From IMG/VR virus record IMGVR_UViG_3300027747_002221, positions 1-64,000 of that record: a stretch of 64,000 nt of DNA; one strand, 5' to 3'. A model generated the notes under the pieces. That model was not told the origin of the DNA. It saw nothing but the letters and a program-made list of their open reading frames with translations, and made no database searches. Shown piece after piece: positions 33,876-43,571 of the stretch (positions are counted from its first letter, which is position 1; each line of letters opens with the position of its first letter). A program made the position numbers and the translations under genes.

Positions 33876-33899
33876 GCACAGGGTTATTAAAAAATCTAT

Positions 33900-33940
33900 A
33901 AAAAGGAAAACCTCGGACTTTAGGGGTACCGAGGTTTGCT
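33900..33940 (-). terminator. Intrinsic terminator
   Basis: AAACCTCGG...CCGAGGTTT hairpin followed by a T-rich run on the minus strand. Confidence 0.7.
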
Positions 33941-33963
33941 AGATATTTAGTATAAACTATTAA

Positions 33964-34062
33964 CTAACGCGTCTCATATCTCTCCCATGAATTACGTGCA
34001 AAGGCATCTACCGGTTGATAACCGATACTGTGTCTGCATATAATCGTTTTGAGTGTTTGCAC
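33964..34062 (-). CDS. Small ORF (32 aa, GTG start)
   Basis: TATAAATA at 34086-34093, AAAGGA RBS, MQTLKTIICRHSIGYQPVDAFARNSWERYETR, then terminator. Confidence 0.35.
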   Translation of the reverse strand: MQTLKTIICRHSIGYQPVDAFARNSWERYETR

Positions 34063-34112
34063 TTTAGTCCTTTAGTCTATAAAAATATTTATACATCTCG
34101 GTACATCTGTAC

Positions 34113-34334
34113 TCAATTTTTAGAACTTTTTTTATCTAAAAAATCTAGCTTAACCTTAGTAACAACAATCTCATCACGACCAATGGCTTCAAGCCAAGTG
34201 TTTAGTCGATGGATAAGAACATCATCACTCTTAGGATTTTCAAAACTAACAGTACAATCCAAGATTGTATCGCTAGTATTTTGTTCTCTTGAACTGTAAA
34301 TTAGATTAAAGTTCTCATTGATCTTCGCTGTCAT
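34113..34334 (-). CDS. Hypothetical protein
   Basis: Likely start MTAKINENF at 34334. Confidence 0.5.
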   Translation of the reverse strand: MTAKINENFNLIYSSREQNTSDTILDCTVSFENPKSDDVLIHRLNTWLEAIGRDEIVVTKVKLDFLDKKSSKN

Positions 34335-34896
34335 ATGCTTCCTCTTCTTCTGAAATTTTTCGATTTTCTGAAATACAAAACATATCATCTAATTCCGCAG
34401 GAATCTTTTCCAAAATTTCTTCAACAGAATTAGGTATTTGGTATTCCTCTTCTGCACCCTCGGTTTCCCACTTACCGCAGAATCCAACACCTTCTTCGCA
34501 GTAATATGCTTCAACTTTGAAACCAATTAGGTCACTTAGTTTTTCATATGCTGCGATTGGAGGAGACCAGGCAGAGTCAAAATAAACGCATAACGAATTT
34601 TCGGACACTTCGTTGATTCCATGACTGTCACCCACATCCCATTTAGTACCCCATTCAGTAATACAAAAGTCATACCAACTATTATAACCATATTTGTCTA
34701 ATAGTTGCTCGCGTAACTTATCGTACTTTTCACGGTCATCACCACCATGGGTTGTGGTATCAGGATTAGTTAGTTCTTCAGGAACTGGGATAAACTCATT
34801 TAAGAATTTACCCTCAATAAAAGCAGACTCTGCCCTTTTGATAAACTCAGGATTCTCATGTGTAAGAGTCAATACATTATTACACCAATTAGGCAT
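34315..34896 (-). CDS. Conserved phage protein (DUF1281/ferredoxin-like fold family)
   Basis: MPNWCNN...WYDFCITEWGTKWDV...FDSAWSPP...YYCEEG. Confidence 0.6.
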   Translation of the reverse strand: MPNWCNNVLTLTHENPEFIKRAESAFIEGKFLNEFIPVPEELTNPDTTTHGGDDREKYDKLREQLLDKYGYNSWYDFCITEWGTKWDVGDSHGINEVSENSLCVYFDSAWSPPIAAYEKLSDLIGFKVEAYYCEEGVGFCGKWETEGAEEEYQIPNSVEEILEKIPAELDDMFCISENRKISEEEEAYDSEDQ

Positions 34897-34908
34897 GCTG
34901 CTCTCCTA

Positions 34909-35340
34909 TTAAACTAATGCTGGTTCTGCCATTACTTCGGCAAGAGTTTTGATCTCTGTAATCTCAAGATCATCTTCTGCTTTTACGGGCTTAGCAATTT
35001 TTGGTTGCTTTGCTGGAGCTTTTACTGGAGCCTTGGCGGGTGCCTTAGCTGGAGTTTTTGCTGGGGCTTTCTTAGCAGGCTTTGTTGCTGCTACAGTGTT
35101 GCCTTCTTTCTTACCCTGAGTCTCAATAATGAGTTCTGCCCATTGATTAAAAACACCGCCTACATCGAGAAGATGCTGACATGCTTCAGCCTTGGTCATT
35201 AGCTTGGGCAATTCGATAAGCTCAAGTGGGGAATGTCCACCTTTTGCTAAGATTTTAGTACGGGACACGATATCATTCGCGAAACGAACTTTGGTGATAC
35301 CGTGCTGAGTCGACACACCTGCTACTGTAAAATTTGACAT
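34909..35340 (-). CDS. Hypothetical protein with histone-H1-like K/A/P tail
   Basis: KPAKKAPAKTPAKAPAKAPVKAPAK repeat. Confidence 0.6.
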   Translation of the reverse strand: MSNFTVAGVSTQHGITKVRFANDIVSRTKILAKGGHSPLELIELPKLMTKAEACQHLLDVGGVFNQWAELIIETQGKKEGNTVAATKPAKKAPAKTPAKAPAKAPVKAPAKQPKIAKPVKAEDDLEITEIKTLAEVMAEPALV

Positions 35341-35397
35341 ACTTACTCCTTAATAATAAAAAATTAACTTCACCGAAAACTTCTGTTCTCAAACTCT

Positions 35398-35426
35398 ATT
35401 ATAACACCGATTCGATCCGGTGTCAA
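35398..35426 (-). promoter_or_regulatory. Sigma70 early promoter
   Basis: TTGACA-17-TATAAT. Confidence 0.75.
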
Positions 35427-35452
35427 GCATAAAGTTTGGCGTTGTTGTTCTT

Positions 35453-35821
35453 TCACAACACCGACTTAACTTTAGCAGAATGTTTACACATTCTGCGGAA
35501 TTGGAAGCCAACGCAATCGCAAGACACCTCACCATTTTCGGAAATGACATTATATGTCTTACCCGAAGATTTTGATTTGACTGCAAATATGCGCGCTATG
35601 CTTCTTGTTTCTGTAAAAGTATGCCCAACTATAAACTTCTTATGGATATAGGATATGGGATATTCCGGATTGCCTGTATGAAGAGACAAATAGTCTCTAT
35701 CTAACCATTTTGGATTAGGAACGACTTTGCCCTTGAAGGACTTAATGTCAAACTCCTGTCCTAGAATGTTGGACTTCCACTTAGTCGTCAATTCGATATT
35801 TGCACCTACAGAAAAGTTCAT
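35453..35821 (-). CDS. SWIM zinc-finger protein
   Basis: SCDCVGFQFRRMCKH (CxC...CKH). Confidence 0.7.
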   Translation of the reverse strand: MNFSVGANIELTTKWKSNILGQEFDIKSFKGKVVPNPKWLDRDYLSLHTGNPEYPISYIHKKFIVGHTFTETRSIARIFAVKSKSSGKTYNVISENGEVSCDCVGFQFRRMCKHSAKVKSVL

Positions 35822-35842
35822 AACCGTTTCTCCATTTTCTTA

Positions 35843-35871
35843 ATTATAACACCTTTTGATTTCGGAGTCAA
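35843..35871 (-). promoter_or_regulatory. Sigma70 early promoter
   Basis: TTGACT-17-TATAAT. Confidence 0.7.
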
Positions 35872-35884
35872 GCATTTTTTAGTC

Positions 35885-35913
35885 AAAAAAATACCCCAGT
35901 CCTTGCTGGGGTA
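35885..35913 (-). terminator. Intrinsic terminator
   Basis: TACCCCAG/CTGGGGTA hairpin plus T-run on the minus strand. Confidence 0.8.
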
Positions 35914-35924
35914 ATAATTTATTA

Positions 35925-36104
35925 TTAATCTTTCTTCTTGACTATTTCCATATCGTCTGTAAGTTCTATAATTCCTTTATCCTCAAAAAATCCTATTGTG
36001 TCTGATATTCCCTTTTGATATCCCAAAGCCTTACAAGCCCAACACGCTGCCAACAATAAAACAATCTGCACTATATCATAAAATGTAAATGTTAAATTTT
36101 CCAT
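35925..36104 (-). CDS. Small membrane protein (59 aa)
   Basis: MENLTFTFYDIVQIVLLLAACWACKALGYQKG...; AGGAG RBS; not in ORF track. Confidence 0.55.
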   Translation of the reverse strand: MENLTFTFYDIVQIVLLLAACWACKALGYQKGISDTIGFFEDKGIIELTDDMEIVKKKD

Positions 36105-36147
36105 TTCTTCTCCTTATAATTAAGTTTGAACTACATGATATATCCTA

Positions 36148-36660
36148 TCACTCATCTAAAACATTATCTTCTTCATACACAAACCAATTCTCCTGCTTCT
36201 GACGAAGATTCTTGAATTGATTATGCTCAATTAAAAACTTAGCAACTAAACTATTTTCTAAACCATACGCTTCTATTTCCCAAGGTTGATCCCAATAGTT
36301 AACATCGTCCTCGTATCTATCTCCCATCCAAACAGTAATGTATCTAGATTTAACATACTTGTCTTTCATTTCACCTTTTGCTATTTGTTTAAGATGAACC
36401 ATTTCATGTGCAAGTACTGAGAACATATGTATCTTCTTTTTCGTTCTGCAAATATCTATTTTAAAACTTCTAGGATTTGGCAACCCCTCTTCTTCAAAAT
36501 CGCAGAAACCGCCAGCTCCCAAATGATCATGTATTTTGATCTTTAATTGGATGTTCTTTTCTAGTTGCGGGGAAAGTAATTTATCAGCGAATGATTGTGC
36601 TGCTAATTTAAGTAACTTAGTTAATTCTCTATTTCTAGCTCCGTTTACACTTACTATCAT
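36148..36660 (-). CDS. HExxH metallopeptidase-like phage protein
   Basis: LAHEMVHLKQ...PWEIEA. Confidence 0.6.
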   Translation of the reverse strand: MIVSVNGARNRELTKLLKLAAQSFADKLLSPQLEKNIQLKIKIHDHLGAGGFCDFEEEGLPNPRSFKIDICRTKKKIHMFSVLAHEMVHLKQIAKGEMKDKYVKSRYITVWMGDRYEDDVNYWDQPWEIEAYGLENSLVAKFLIEHNQFKNLRQKQENWFVYEEDNVLDE

Positions 36661-36676
36661 AGGATCTCCCTTGTTT

Positions 36677-36865
36677 CTATAAATTATTTATATGTTTAAT
36701 ATAAGTTAAATCTACACCTTCAATGATTTGATGGGATTCAAGTTTACTTATGTCCTTCAATTCTTTAATGTTCATTGGAATAGGGCTATCTATTTCTTTC
36801 AAAACGACATTCGCTTTTAGTCTTAAATTTGTTTCGGACAATTTGGTATTCTTTAGTGATTGCAT
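36677..36865 (-). CDS. Hypothetical protein
   Basis: 62-aa ORF directly downstream of gp41; contains TATAAATA at 36685-36692. Confidence 0.4.
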   Translation of the reverse strand: MQSLKNTKLSETNLRLKANVVLKEIDSPIPMNIKELKDISKLESHQIIEGVDLTYIKHINNL

Positions 36866-36866
36866 A

Positions 36867-38270
36867 CTACACCCTTATTTTTGAGAAGTCTCGTTTGTTA
36901 TCTCCGAAGATGCCTTTTTGTCTATCAGTTTCTTTTGGTGGATCATATTTTATGTTGGAATCACTCAATCCCTTTTGTGCAGATTGTTCGAGATCATATA
37001 ATTTCATCTTCGCTCTATCTACACCTATCACGAATCTCTTATTCGTTGTAGGATCGTTATATCTATTCTTCAACTGTTTAACCATTAGTTGATTCATCTT
37101 TTCCATATCCTCTGTGGATATCAAGGCAAACATAAAGTCTACTGTCGCGGGCAAACCAAACGATTCAGAAGTATCTGTTAGTTCCACGTCTGTGTTACCA
37201 TACCCTCCTCTAGTAGTCTGAGTAGCAGAAAGAATAGGAACATTCTCTTCTACCGCCAGGCCCCTAAGTTCCTCAGCAATCGACTTAATTAACGTATAGG
37301 AATTAATATTAGAGCCACCCTTAAATCTAGATGATGCGCAAATATTCAAATAATCAATTACAATAAGATCAGGTTTAAACTGTTTCTTTAGTTGCAATTC
37401 ATTTAGTAATGCTTTAAAGTGCCCTGTATGTGCACCAGTAGTAGGATATTCTTTAATGATTAAGGTTCCCTCTGTCTTTGCTCTAATCTTTTCAATACGA
37501 TTATCGAAAATAGATTTAGGAAGATCCTTAAGCTGATCCATAGTAATGTTCATTAAATTTGCATCAATACGCTCTGCAATTCTTTCTTCAGCCATCTCTA
37601 AAGTAATATACAAAACATTCTTGCCTTGTGCTAGTACCGAGGCTGCAACGTGACACATAAACAAAGATTTACCAACACCCGTTCCTGCCAAACAAACATT
37701 CAACGTCTTATTAGGCATTCCGCCATTAGTAATTTTGTTAAAATATTCCAAGTCAAACGGAACTCTCGACTCTACACGGTGATAGAATTCATAACGCTTG
37801 TCTGCGCTCTCAATGTAATCATGCCCAACATTATTGTCGAAGCACACTCCTAGAGCATCCTGCAAAAGCTGAGGAATACCATCCTCAGACCTTGCTTTGT
37901 CTCTACCATCTATAATTGAAATAGATTGTAGAATAGCATTGTATATTGCTTTGTCCTTACAGAACTTTTCTGTTTCTTTATACAGCCAATCTTTATTATG
38001 GTCTGTAGGTTCAAGGTCATGTATAAGTTCTACAATTTCCTTATACTGATCTTCGTTTAAGCTTTTATCATTTTGAGCTGCAATAACCAAGGCATCCTTT
38101 GTCGGTATTACATTATACTCATCTATAAAATTCTTAATCTTATCATAAACTATCTTTTCGTTGTTGTCAATAAAGTAATCCCGCTTTAAGAACGGGATTA
38201 CTTTTCTCATAAAAACATCATCATTCGCCAGGTTCTGTAGGATTACCTTCTCGATTTTCGTATGCATCAA
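36867..38270 (-). CDS. 41: T4 gp41-like replicative DNA helicase
   Basis: LAGTGVGKS Walker A, ITLEMAEERIAERID, IVIDYLN, SESFGLPAT. Confidence 0.95.
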   Translation of the reverse strand: MMHTKIEKVILQNLANDDVFMRKVIPFLKRDYFIDNNEKIVYDKIKNFIDEYNVIPTKDALVIAAQNDKSLNEDQYKEIVELIHDLEPTDHNKDWLYKETEKFCKDKAIYNAILQSISIIDGRDKARSEDGIPQLLQDALGVCFDNNVGHDYIESADKRYEFYHRVESRVPFDLEYFNKITNGGMPNKTLNVCLAGTGVGKSLFMCHVAASVLAQGKNVLYITLEMAEERIAERIDANLMNITMDQLKDLPKSIFDNRIEKIRAKTEGTLIIKEYPTTGAHTGHFKALLNELQLKKQFKPDLIVIDYLNICASSRFKGGSNINSYTLIKSIAEELRGLAVEENVPILSATQTTRGGYGNTDVELTDTSESFGLPATVDFMFALISTEDMEKMNQLMVKQLKNRYNDPTTNKRFVIGVDRAKMKLYDLEQSAQKGLSDSNIKYDPPKETDRQKGIFGDNKRDFSKIRV

Positions 38271-38523
38271 TTGCCTTTTGTAAAATGTCTTGAATAATAA
38301 AATTTAGTGCTGCGTCAAAATTAGGTCCGCTAGCGTCTTCAACAGATTTATTTTCTGGAGGCTGGACTACATTATAGTCTAATATCAATTCTTTAGAACC
38401 TTCTTTTTCATCCAGTTCATTAATAGCAAATGCGCAACCTGCGAACTCACCATCTAAAATTTTCACGCCCCAGACTTCATTGTCCTCTGTTTTTAAAACC
38501 CATGGTTCATACTTCACTTGCAT
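38221..38523 (-). CDS. Hypothetical protein (positional gp40-like)
   Basis: Acidic 100-aa ORF between uvsX and 41, where T4 gene 40 lies. Confidence 0.45.
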   Translation of the reverse strand: MQVKYEPWVLKTEDNEVWGVKILDGEFAGCAFAINELDEKEGSKELILDYNVVQPPENKSVEDASGPNFDAALNFIIQDILQKAIDAYENREGNPTEPGE

Positions 38524-39586
38524 GTTCGAACTCCTCGCTTATGTCTATGTTTGTCATTTCTTTCCCAACCATATCAATAGATGCTACTTTATAGCGGCCT
38601 TCAATATAATCCCGGAATGCTTTTGATTGAAGAACAGGCATCCAGAATTCTTTTGTATATGTGTCTTTGACACGATACTTTTTATCTTCCACTTCGCCAG
38701 TCTTCATATCAACTTTAGAATACCAGCCATTGGATGGCTTGACAATAAATTTGCCTTCAATTGCTACATCTAATAGACCAGACCAAGTACTAATACCGCC
38801 TTCGAATGTTACTTCAACTGGGATCTTAGATTTTTCTCTTACGAATCTAGATTTCTCTACATTCACAATAAAATTATAACCTACAACCTCAGTACCATCT
38901 TTTTCCTGTTGGCGACCAATAATAAAGATGTTGTCCGCAGAATAATAAATGCCTGTTCCGCCAGATACAATCTGTTTAGGGAACAAACCAATTTCTGAAT
39001 AGGTATGATTAACAACAACCATTGGAATATCTTTGATCGTCAAATGCGGTGTTACCATTCTAAATAAAGACTTCATCTGTTTAGCACGGGTCATATCCGC
39101 AACAGACTTACCTTCAAGTGCATCATCAACTTCTTTCTTGGATGCAAGGTTACCTACAGAGTCAATACAAATAAGAACATGATCGCCGCGCTCAATATTA
39201 TTGATCTGACTCATAATATCAAACTTTAATTGTTCGATATCTGTTATAGGGGTATGTAGTACCCTGTTCGTATCAATCCCAAAACTATCGAAATAAGACT
39301 GAGGGCTACCAAACTCAGAATCATAAAACAATAAAATAGCATCTTCATATTTTTCCAGATAAGCTTTCGCAAGTAATAATGAAAAGGCGGTCTTAAAATG
39401 TTTAGAAGGTCCAGCAAAAACTGTTAAACCAGGTGTTAGTCCACCTTCTAAACTTCCCGACAGCGCCACATTGATCATAGGAACAGATGTTTGAATCATA
39501 TCTTTCTTTTGAAAGAATTTTGATTTATTTAAAACCTCTGTTTCCTTGATCGTCGAATTTTTCTTCAATTTGTCAAGTAAAGACAT
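38507..39586 (-). CDS. uvsX: UvsX RecA-like recombinase
   Basis: AGPSKHFKT, YDSEFG, DSVGNLASKKE, SGGTGIYYSAD. Confidence 0.95.
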   Translation of the reverse strand: MSLLDKLKKNSTIKETEVLNKSKFFQKKDMIQTSVPMINVALSGSLEGGLTPGLTVFAGPSKHFKTAFSLLLAKAYLEKYEDAILLFYDSEFGSPQSYFDSFGIDTNRVLHTPITDIEQLKFDIMSQINNIERGDHVLICIDSVGNLASKKEVDDALEGKSVADMTRAKQMKSLFRMVTPHLTIKDIPMVVVNHTYSEIGLFPKQIVSGGTGIYYSADNIFIIGRQQEKDGTEVVGYNFIVNVEKSRFVREKSKIPVEVTFEGGISTWSGLLDVAIEGKFIVKPSNGWYSKVDMKTGEVEDKKYRVKDTYTKEFWMPVLQSKAFRDYIEGRYKVASIDMVGKEMTNIDISEEFEHASEV

Positions 39587-39637
39587 AATAACTCCTTAAG
39601 TATGTTTTAATATTATATAGCATAATGTATTTTTTGT

Positions 39638-40453
39638 CTATTCATCTTTGCCGCACTTTGTCCTTTTAGCATTAGTCAATTTGCCAAAATCAACAGGCCA
39701 TTCTTTTCCTGGCTGCAATTCTTTACCATTTGGTGGCACAAGAAATCCGATCTTTGCTTCTTTTACAATAGCAGAAACTTGTGTTCTATATTTTGTTAAA
39801 TCATTTCCTAAATTTGGATATGGTGCAGTATGAGGAAACATCCATGCAGCATATTCATTTGTTTTTCTATTAATAACAATTTTATAATACGCGTGCGGGA
39901 CAACTACTCCGCTACCAATTTTTTTATTAGTATCATTATAGATACCACCGCCGTAAATAGTAAATGGCGAATCTAATTGGACTGCCCATCCGCGTACAGA
40001 TGTTTCTAACAATTTCCAAATTCCACGATTCAAAGATCCCGCTTGAGGTAACATATTTGTCATCAAGAAACTTTCAAATTCAACCTGAGTATCCCAGGAT
40101 AAATCCCCATCGGGTGATACGTGACCTTTGTCATATCCTGTTCCTGCATAGTCTGCAGGAACAGCGCCACCTTTAACAGATTGATCTGTTGCAAAAGCAT
40201 TTGTTCTTGCAACACACCCAAGAGCATTCTTTGGCTCCAATGTATATGCCACATATGCGGGAATTTTTGCAGGTGCATCATATGCCACAAAATATGCTTG
40301 TCGACAAATAGGCGAATATTTTTTAGCGCTATCAGCAAATCCGAATGGGCTATGTATTTTACATTGCTCTGTCGGCAATGGTTGACGTTGATCCCATGCT
40401 TGAGATCCTGTAGCAACTAATGCTACAAATAATGTTACTAATAATTTTTTCAT
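39638..40453 (-). CDS. DNA/RNA non-specific endonuclease (NucA-like) with signal peptide
   Basis: YDKGH motif, MTNMLPQ..LNRGIW..LE; hydrophobic N-terminus ending ..SQA. Confidence 0.85.
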   Translation of the reverse strand: MKKLLVTLFVALVATGSQAWDQRQPLPTEQCKIHSPFGFADSAKKYSPICRQAYFVAYDAPAKIPAYVAYTLEPKNALGCVARTNAFATDQSVKGGAVPADYAGTGYDKGHVSPDGDLSWDTQVEFESFLMTNMLPQAGSLNRGIWKLLETSVRGWAVQLDSPFTIYGGGIYNDTNKKIGSGVVVPHAYYKIVINRKTNEYAAWMFPHTAPYPNLGNDLTKYRTQVSAIVKEAKIGFLVPPNGKELQPGKEWPVDFGKLTNAKRTKCGKDE

Positions 40454-42942
40454 CCGAATAATCCTTCTAGGGTTGCTTGAGGTTTAGCCGACCATCCTAT
40501 TCCGTTTAATATTGTATTCATAGGTTCTAAGAATGACTTCTCGAACATAATATCATAATCTGCGAATTTTAGCAGATCAAATTCAGGCGGTATAATAGTA
40601 TTGAAAGCTATACAATTTTCACCGATAGTATTAGGTTCCTTAAGATATATGAACTTAATCTTATCGCCTTCTTTAATCTTTTCATATTTTTTACCAAGAT
40701 CATATTTGTCCAAGTAAAAATTATATAATAGTGCACCTCTGACATGCATTGGTGTAGCCTGTTTATATATGGCTGCTCTATCTGTATATTTACCTATTCC
40801 ATTAACTCCTCGAGGAAAGGAAATTAATTCAGGTTTCATTTTTCTATATTCTGATTCAAATACTCGTATATAATCTTGTAGTGTTTGCTCATCAGATGTT
40901 AGTGCAAGTTTAACTGCTTTACGCAATCCATCTCTAATTGGTTCGGGTGTAGAAGATCTAACAATTTCTAATCCCATAACCTTTAACTTAGGTTCTGAAT
41001 ATTTAACCCCTTCGTTATTATAGACATTTAAAGCATATCTTTTCTTAGCTACCCATACACCTGTTTCTGCGATTGCTTCTCTTTTAAAATAAATCTTTTT
41101 ATCAAAAGCATTAGTATAATCTGCAATTTGATTACAACTCTTATTTAGAATCTCCTGAATCTTACCCTCGCATATTTCATCAAGAATATCTACAATCTTT
41201 TCTGGATCTTTATCTTTATAGAATTTTTCTACAAGAGGAGCGAAGGTAACATAACAAGAATCAGTATCAGAATAGAATGAATAGCTGTGATCCTTTGTTC
41301 CGCAAATCTTATTTAGATATGCGTCAAGATCCCTGCCTACTTTCTGAATAATATACTGACCTGTTAGTGTGATGCCTTCGGCAATGTTCGAATCATAAAA
41401 TCTAAAATACTCATTTGCCCAAGCTCCGAATAACGAATTCATCTGAATCTTTCGAGCCATCTGAAAATTGTTATACTTCGATATCTCTTTTTGCCAAATA
41501 GGATTTTTAGTTTTCTCATATTCGGCTTGTGCATCAAGCATCAGCTTCTTATATTGTTTTCTATCGTCAAATAACTTTTGAACAATCTCGGGGAAGATGC
41601 CTTGTTTATCTCTTGTGAAACATCTACCGTTTGATGCCATACAATAATCCGCTTCTTGTAAATCAGATAAATCATCTTCACCTTTAAGAAGATCTTTAAT
41701 TTGTATATCAAAGTGTTTCGGATTATTGACAAGTGTTTCTGGAGACATATTATATTGCATAATAATACTTGGATACAGACTTGTTGCATCAAATGACACT
41801 ACCCAATTATACTTTCCAGGAATAGGTTCCTGCACATACGCACCTGCAATTTGTCTACCAGGTTTATCCTCACGCTGATGTACAATGATATTTTTCTTTA
41901 GTAGTTGATTATATAGAATACAATCCCAGGTTCTTACTGCAGAGAAAATATCAATATAGTTACATTTCGCATCATATGCCATTGTTAAGATAAGTTCAAT
42001 TAACTTCATCTTATCTTCAAGTTGGTCAACAAGTTCTACGTCTCGAATATTATACTCGACGAACTTCTGCCAATCCTTTTTATAGAAATCTGAAAATGAA
42101 CCATATTCCTCATAGGATAATTTTTCTTTACCTAATTCTACTTTAGCAATATGATCTAACTTATAAGATTCCTGTGCATTATAAGTAAACTTTTTATACA
42201 AGTCCAAATAGTCTAGAATAGCAATACCTAATACTTCAAAAGAAATATTTTCTTTCTTTAATTTTAGAATACGCTTTTCGTTTACAACCTTCCAAGGTGA
42301 TAATTTCTTTAAAGCATCTTCCCCTAAAATTTTAGTAATACGATTACACAGATAAGGAATATCGAAGAACTCCACATTCCAACCTGTAATGATGTGAGGA
42401 TGATCTTCTGAAATATATTCTAAAAACTCTTTTAATAAATCCGTTTCGTCTTCGCAATAAACATAAGTATGATTTTCTGCTACAGGATTTGCTTTATTTA
42501 ATCCAAATGTTACAAGTTGCTTTGTAACATAATCTTGTGTCGTAATTAATAAGACTTTCTCATTAGGATTCGCAACATCAGGAAAACCTAAGTCCGCAGT
42601 TGTCTCAATATCCAATGACCATATCTTCATTTGAAACATATCAAATTCTATATCATCTTTAAATGCAGATGATATGTATTGATATCCATAGTTTGTGTTT
42701 CCATATACAGGAAAGTTCTCAACTTCTTTGTACTGTTGGACATATTCTTTGGCTTCATTTATACTGCCAAACTCTATAGGAGCAAGATCCTGCCCATAAA
42801 CAGATTTAAATTTGGACTCCTTTGGGGAATTGACATAAAGAGTGGGCTTGAAAGGAATCCTATCCTGTACTTTATGCCCGTTATTTATCCCACGAACAAG
42901 GATACTGTTGCCATATTGATTTACGCTAGTATAAAACTTCAT
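40450..42942 (-). CDS. 43: T4 gp43-like family B DNA polymerase
   Basis: DIETT exonuclease I, SFDATSLYPSII, KIQMNSLFG, YSDTDS, KKRYAL. Confidence 0.97.
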   Translation of the reverse strand: MKFYTSVNQYGNSILVRGINNGHKVQDRIPFKPTLYVNSPKESKFKSVYGQDLAPIEFGSINEAKEYVQQYKEVENFPVYGNTNYGYQYISSAFKDDIEFDMFQMKIWSLDIETTADLGFPDVANPNEKVLLITTQDYVTKQLVTFGLNKANPVAENHTYVYCEDETDLLKEFLEYISEDHPHIITGWNVEFFDIPYLCNRITKILGEDALKKLSPWKVVNEKRILKLKKENISFEVLGIAILDYLDLYKKFTYNAQESYKLDHIAKVELGKEKLSYEEYGSFSDFYKKDWQKFVEYNIRDVELVDQLEDKMKLIELILTMAYDAKCNYIDIFSAVRTWDCILYNQLLKKNIIVHQREDKPGRQIAGAYVQEPIPGKYNWVVSFDATSLYPSIIMQYNMSPETLVNNPKHFDIQIKDLLKGEDDLSDLQEADYCMASNGRCFTRDKQGIFPEIVQKLFDDRKQYKKLMLDAQAEYEKTKNPIWQKEISKYNNFQMARKIQMNSLFGAWANEYFRFYDSNIAEGITLTGQYIIQKVGRDLDAYLNKICGTKDHSYSFYSDTDSCYVTFAPLVEKFYKDKDPEKIVDILDEICEGKIQEILNKSCNQIADYTNAFDKKIYFKREAIAETGVWVAKKRYALNVYNNEGVKYSEPKLKVMGLEIVRSSTPEPIRDGLRKAVKLALTSDEQTLQDYIRVFESEYRKMKPELISFPRGVNGIGKYTDRAAIYKQATPMHVRGALLYNFYLDKYDLGKKYEKIKEGDKIKFIYLKEPNTIGENCIAFNTIIPPEFDLLKFADYDIMFEKSFLEPMNTILNGIGWSAKPQATLEGLFG

Positions 42943-42975
42943 TAGAAAACCCTTAGATCATAAATATTAAGTAAC

Positions 42976-43004
42976 ATTATATTATAAAAACAAAGTTGTG
43001 TCAA
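42976..43004 (-). promoter_or_regulatory. Sigma70 promoter upstream of gene 43
   Basis: TTGACA-17-TATAAT. Confidence 0.7.
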
Positions 43005-43022
43005 TATAATAAGGAGAATAAA

Positions 43023-43571
43023 ATGGCCGAGACAATCAAACCGTTATCCAGAAGCGAAAAAGAAGCTCTAATAAAGGATAAAGCAGGGTGGGTAATTACT
43101 GTACTTGCAGCATTACTGGCAATCAATACTTTAATGGGCGGAAGTAATTCAAGTAAAGTTTTGAATAATACGATAGATGCGAATAATACATGGGCATTTT
43201 ATCAAGCAAAAAGTATTAAAGGTACATTAGCCGAAATGGCATATGAAGATGCTGAAAGAATACACGATAAAAAGAAAACCGAAGCTTTAAAATCAAAAAT
43301 ACAAAGATATGAATCCGATCCCGTAACAGGAGAAGGTAAAAAAGAATTAATGGCCAAAGCACGTAAGCTGGAAGCAGATCGTGCTGTAGCAAAAAGTCGT
43401 AGTCCATGGTATACTTATGCAGGGTCATTGTTACAAATTGCGATTGTTCTATTAACAGCAAGTATATTAGCTGTTAATAATAGATTATACTGGGCAAGCC
43501 TAGGAGTAGGCGCTTTTGCTATGTTATTGATGAGCCAAGCTGTATGGTTATGGATTCCTTTAATGCTATAA
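43023..43571 (+). CDS. DUF4337-like membrane protein
   Basis: AGWVITVLAALLAI...WAFYQAKSIK...LLQIAIVLLTASIL; two TM regions flanking a coiled coil. Confidence 0.6.
   Translation: MAETIKPLSRSEKEALIKDKAGWVITVLAALLAINTLMGGSNSSKVLNNTIDANNTWAFYQAKSIKGTLAEMAYEDAERIHDKKKTEALKSKIQRYESDPVTGEGKKELMAKARKLEADRAVAKSRSPWYTYAGSLLQIAIVLLTASILAVNNRLYWASLGVGAFAMLLMSQAVWLWIPLML

Noticed and set aside
40063-40420. Overlapping ORFs within the nuclease gene, and other short antisense ORFs in the replication and glycan genes
   Set aside because: They are nested in well-supported genes, with no RBS or recognisable motifs.
36867-42942. Inteins or introns in the helicase, UvsX or polymerase
   Set aside because: Lengths (467, 359, 830 aa) are typical and the motifs are contiguous, with no intein-like insertions.
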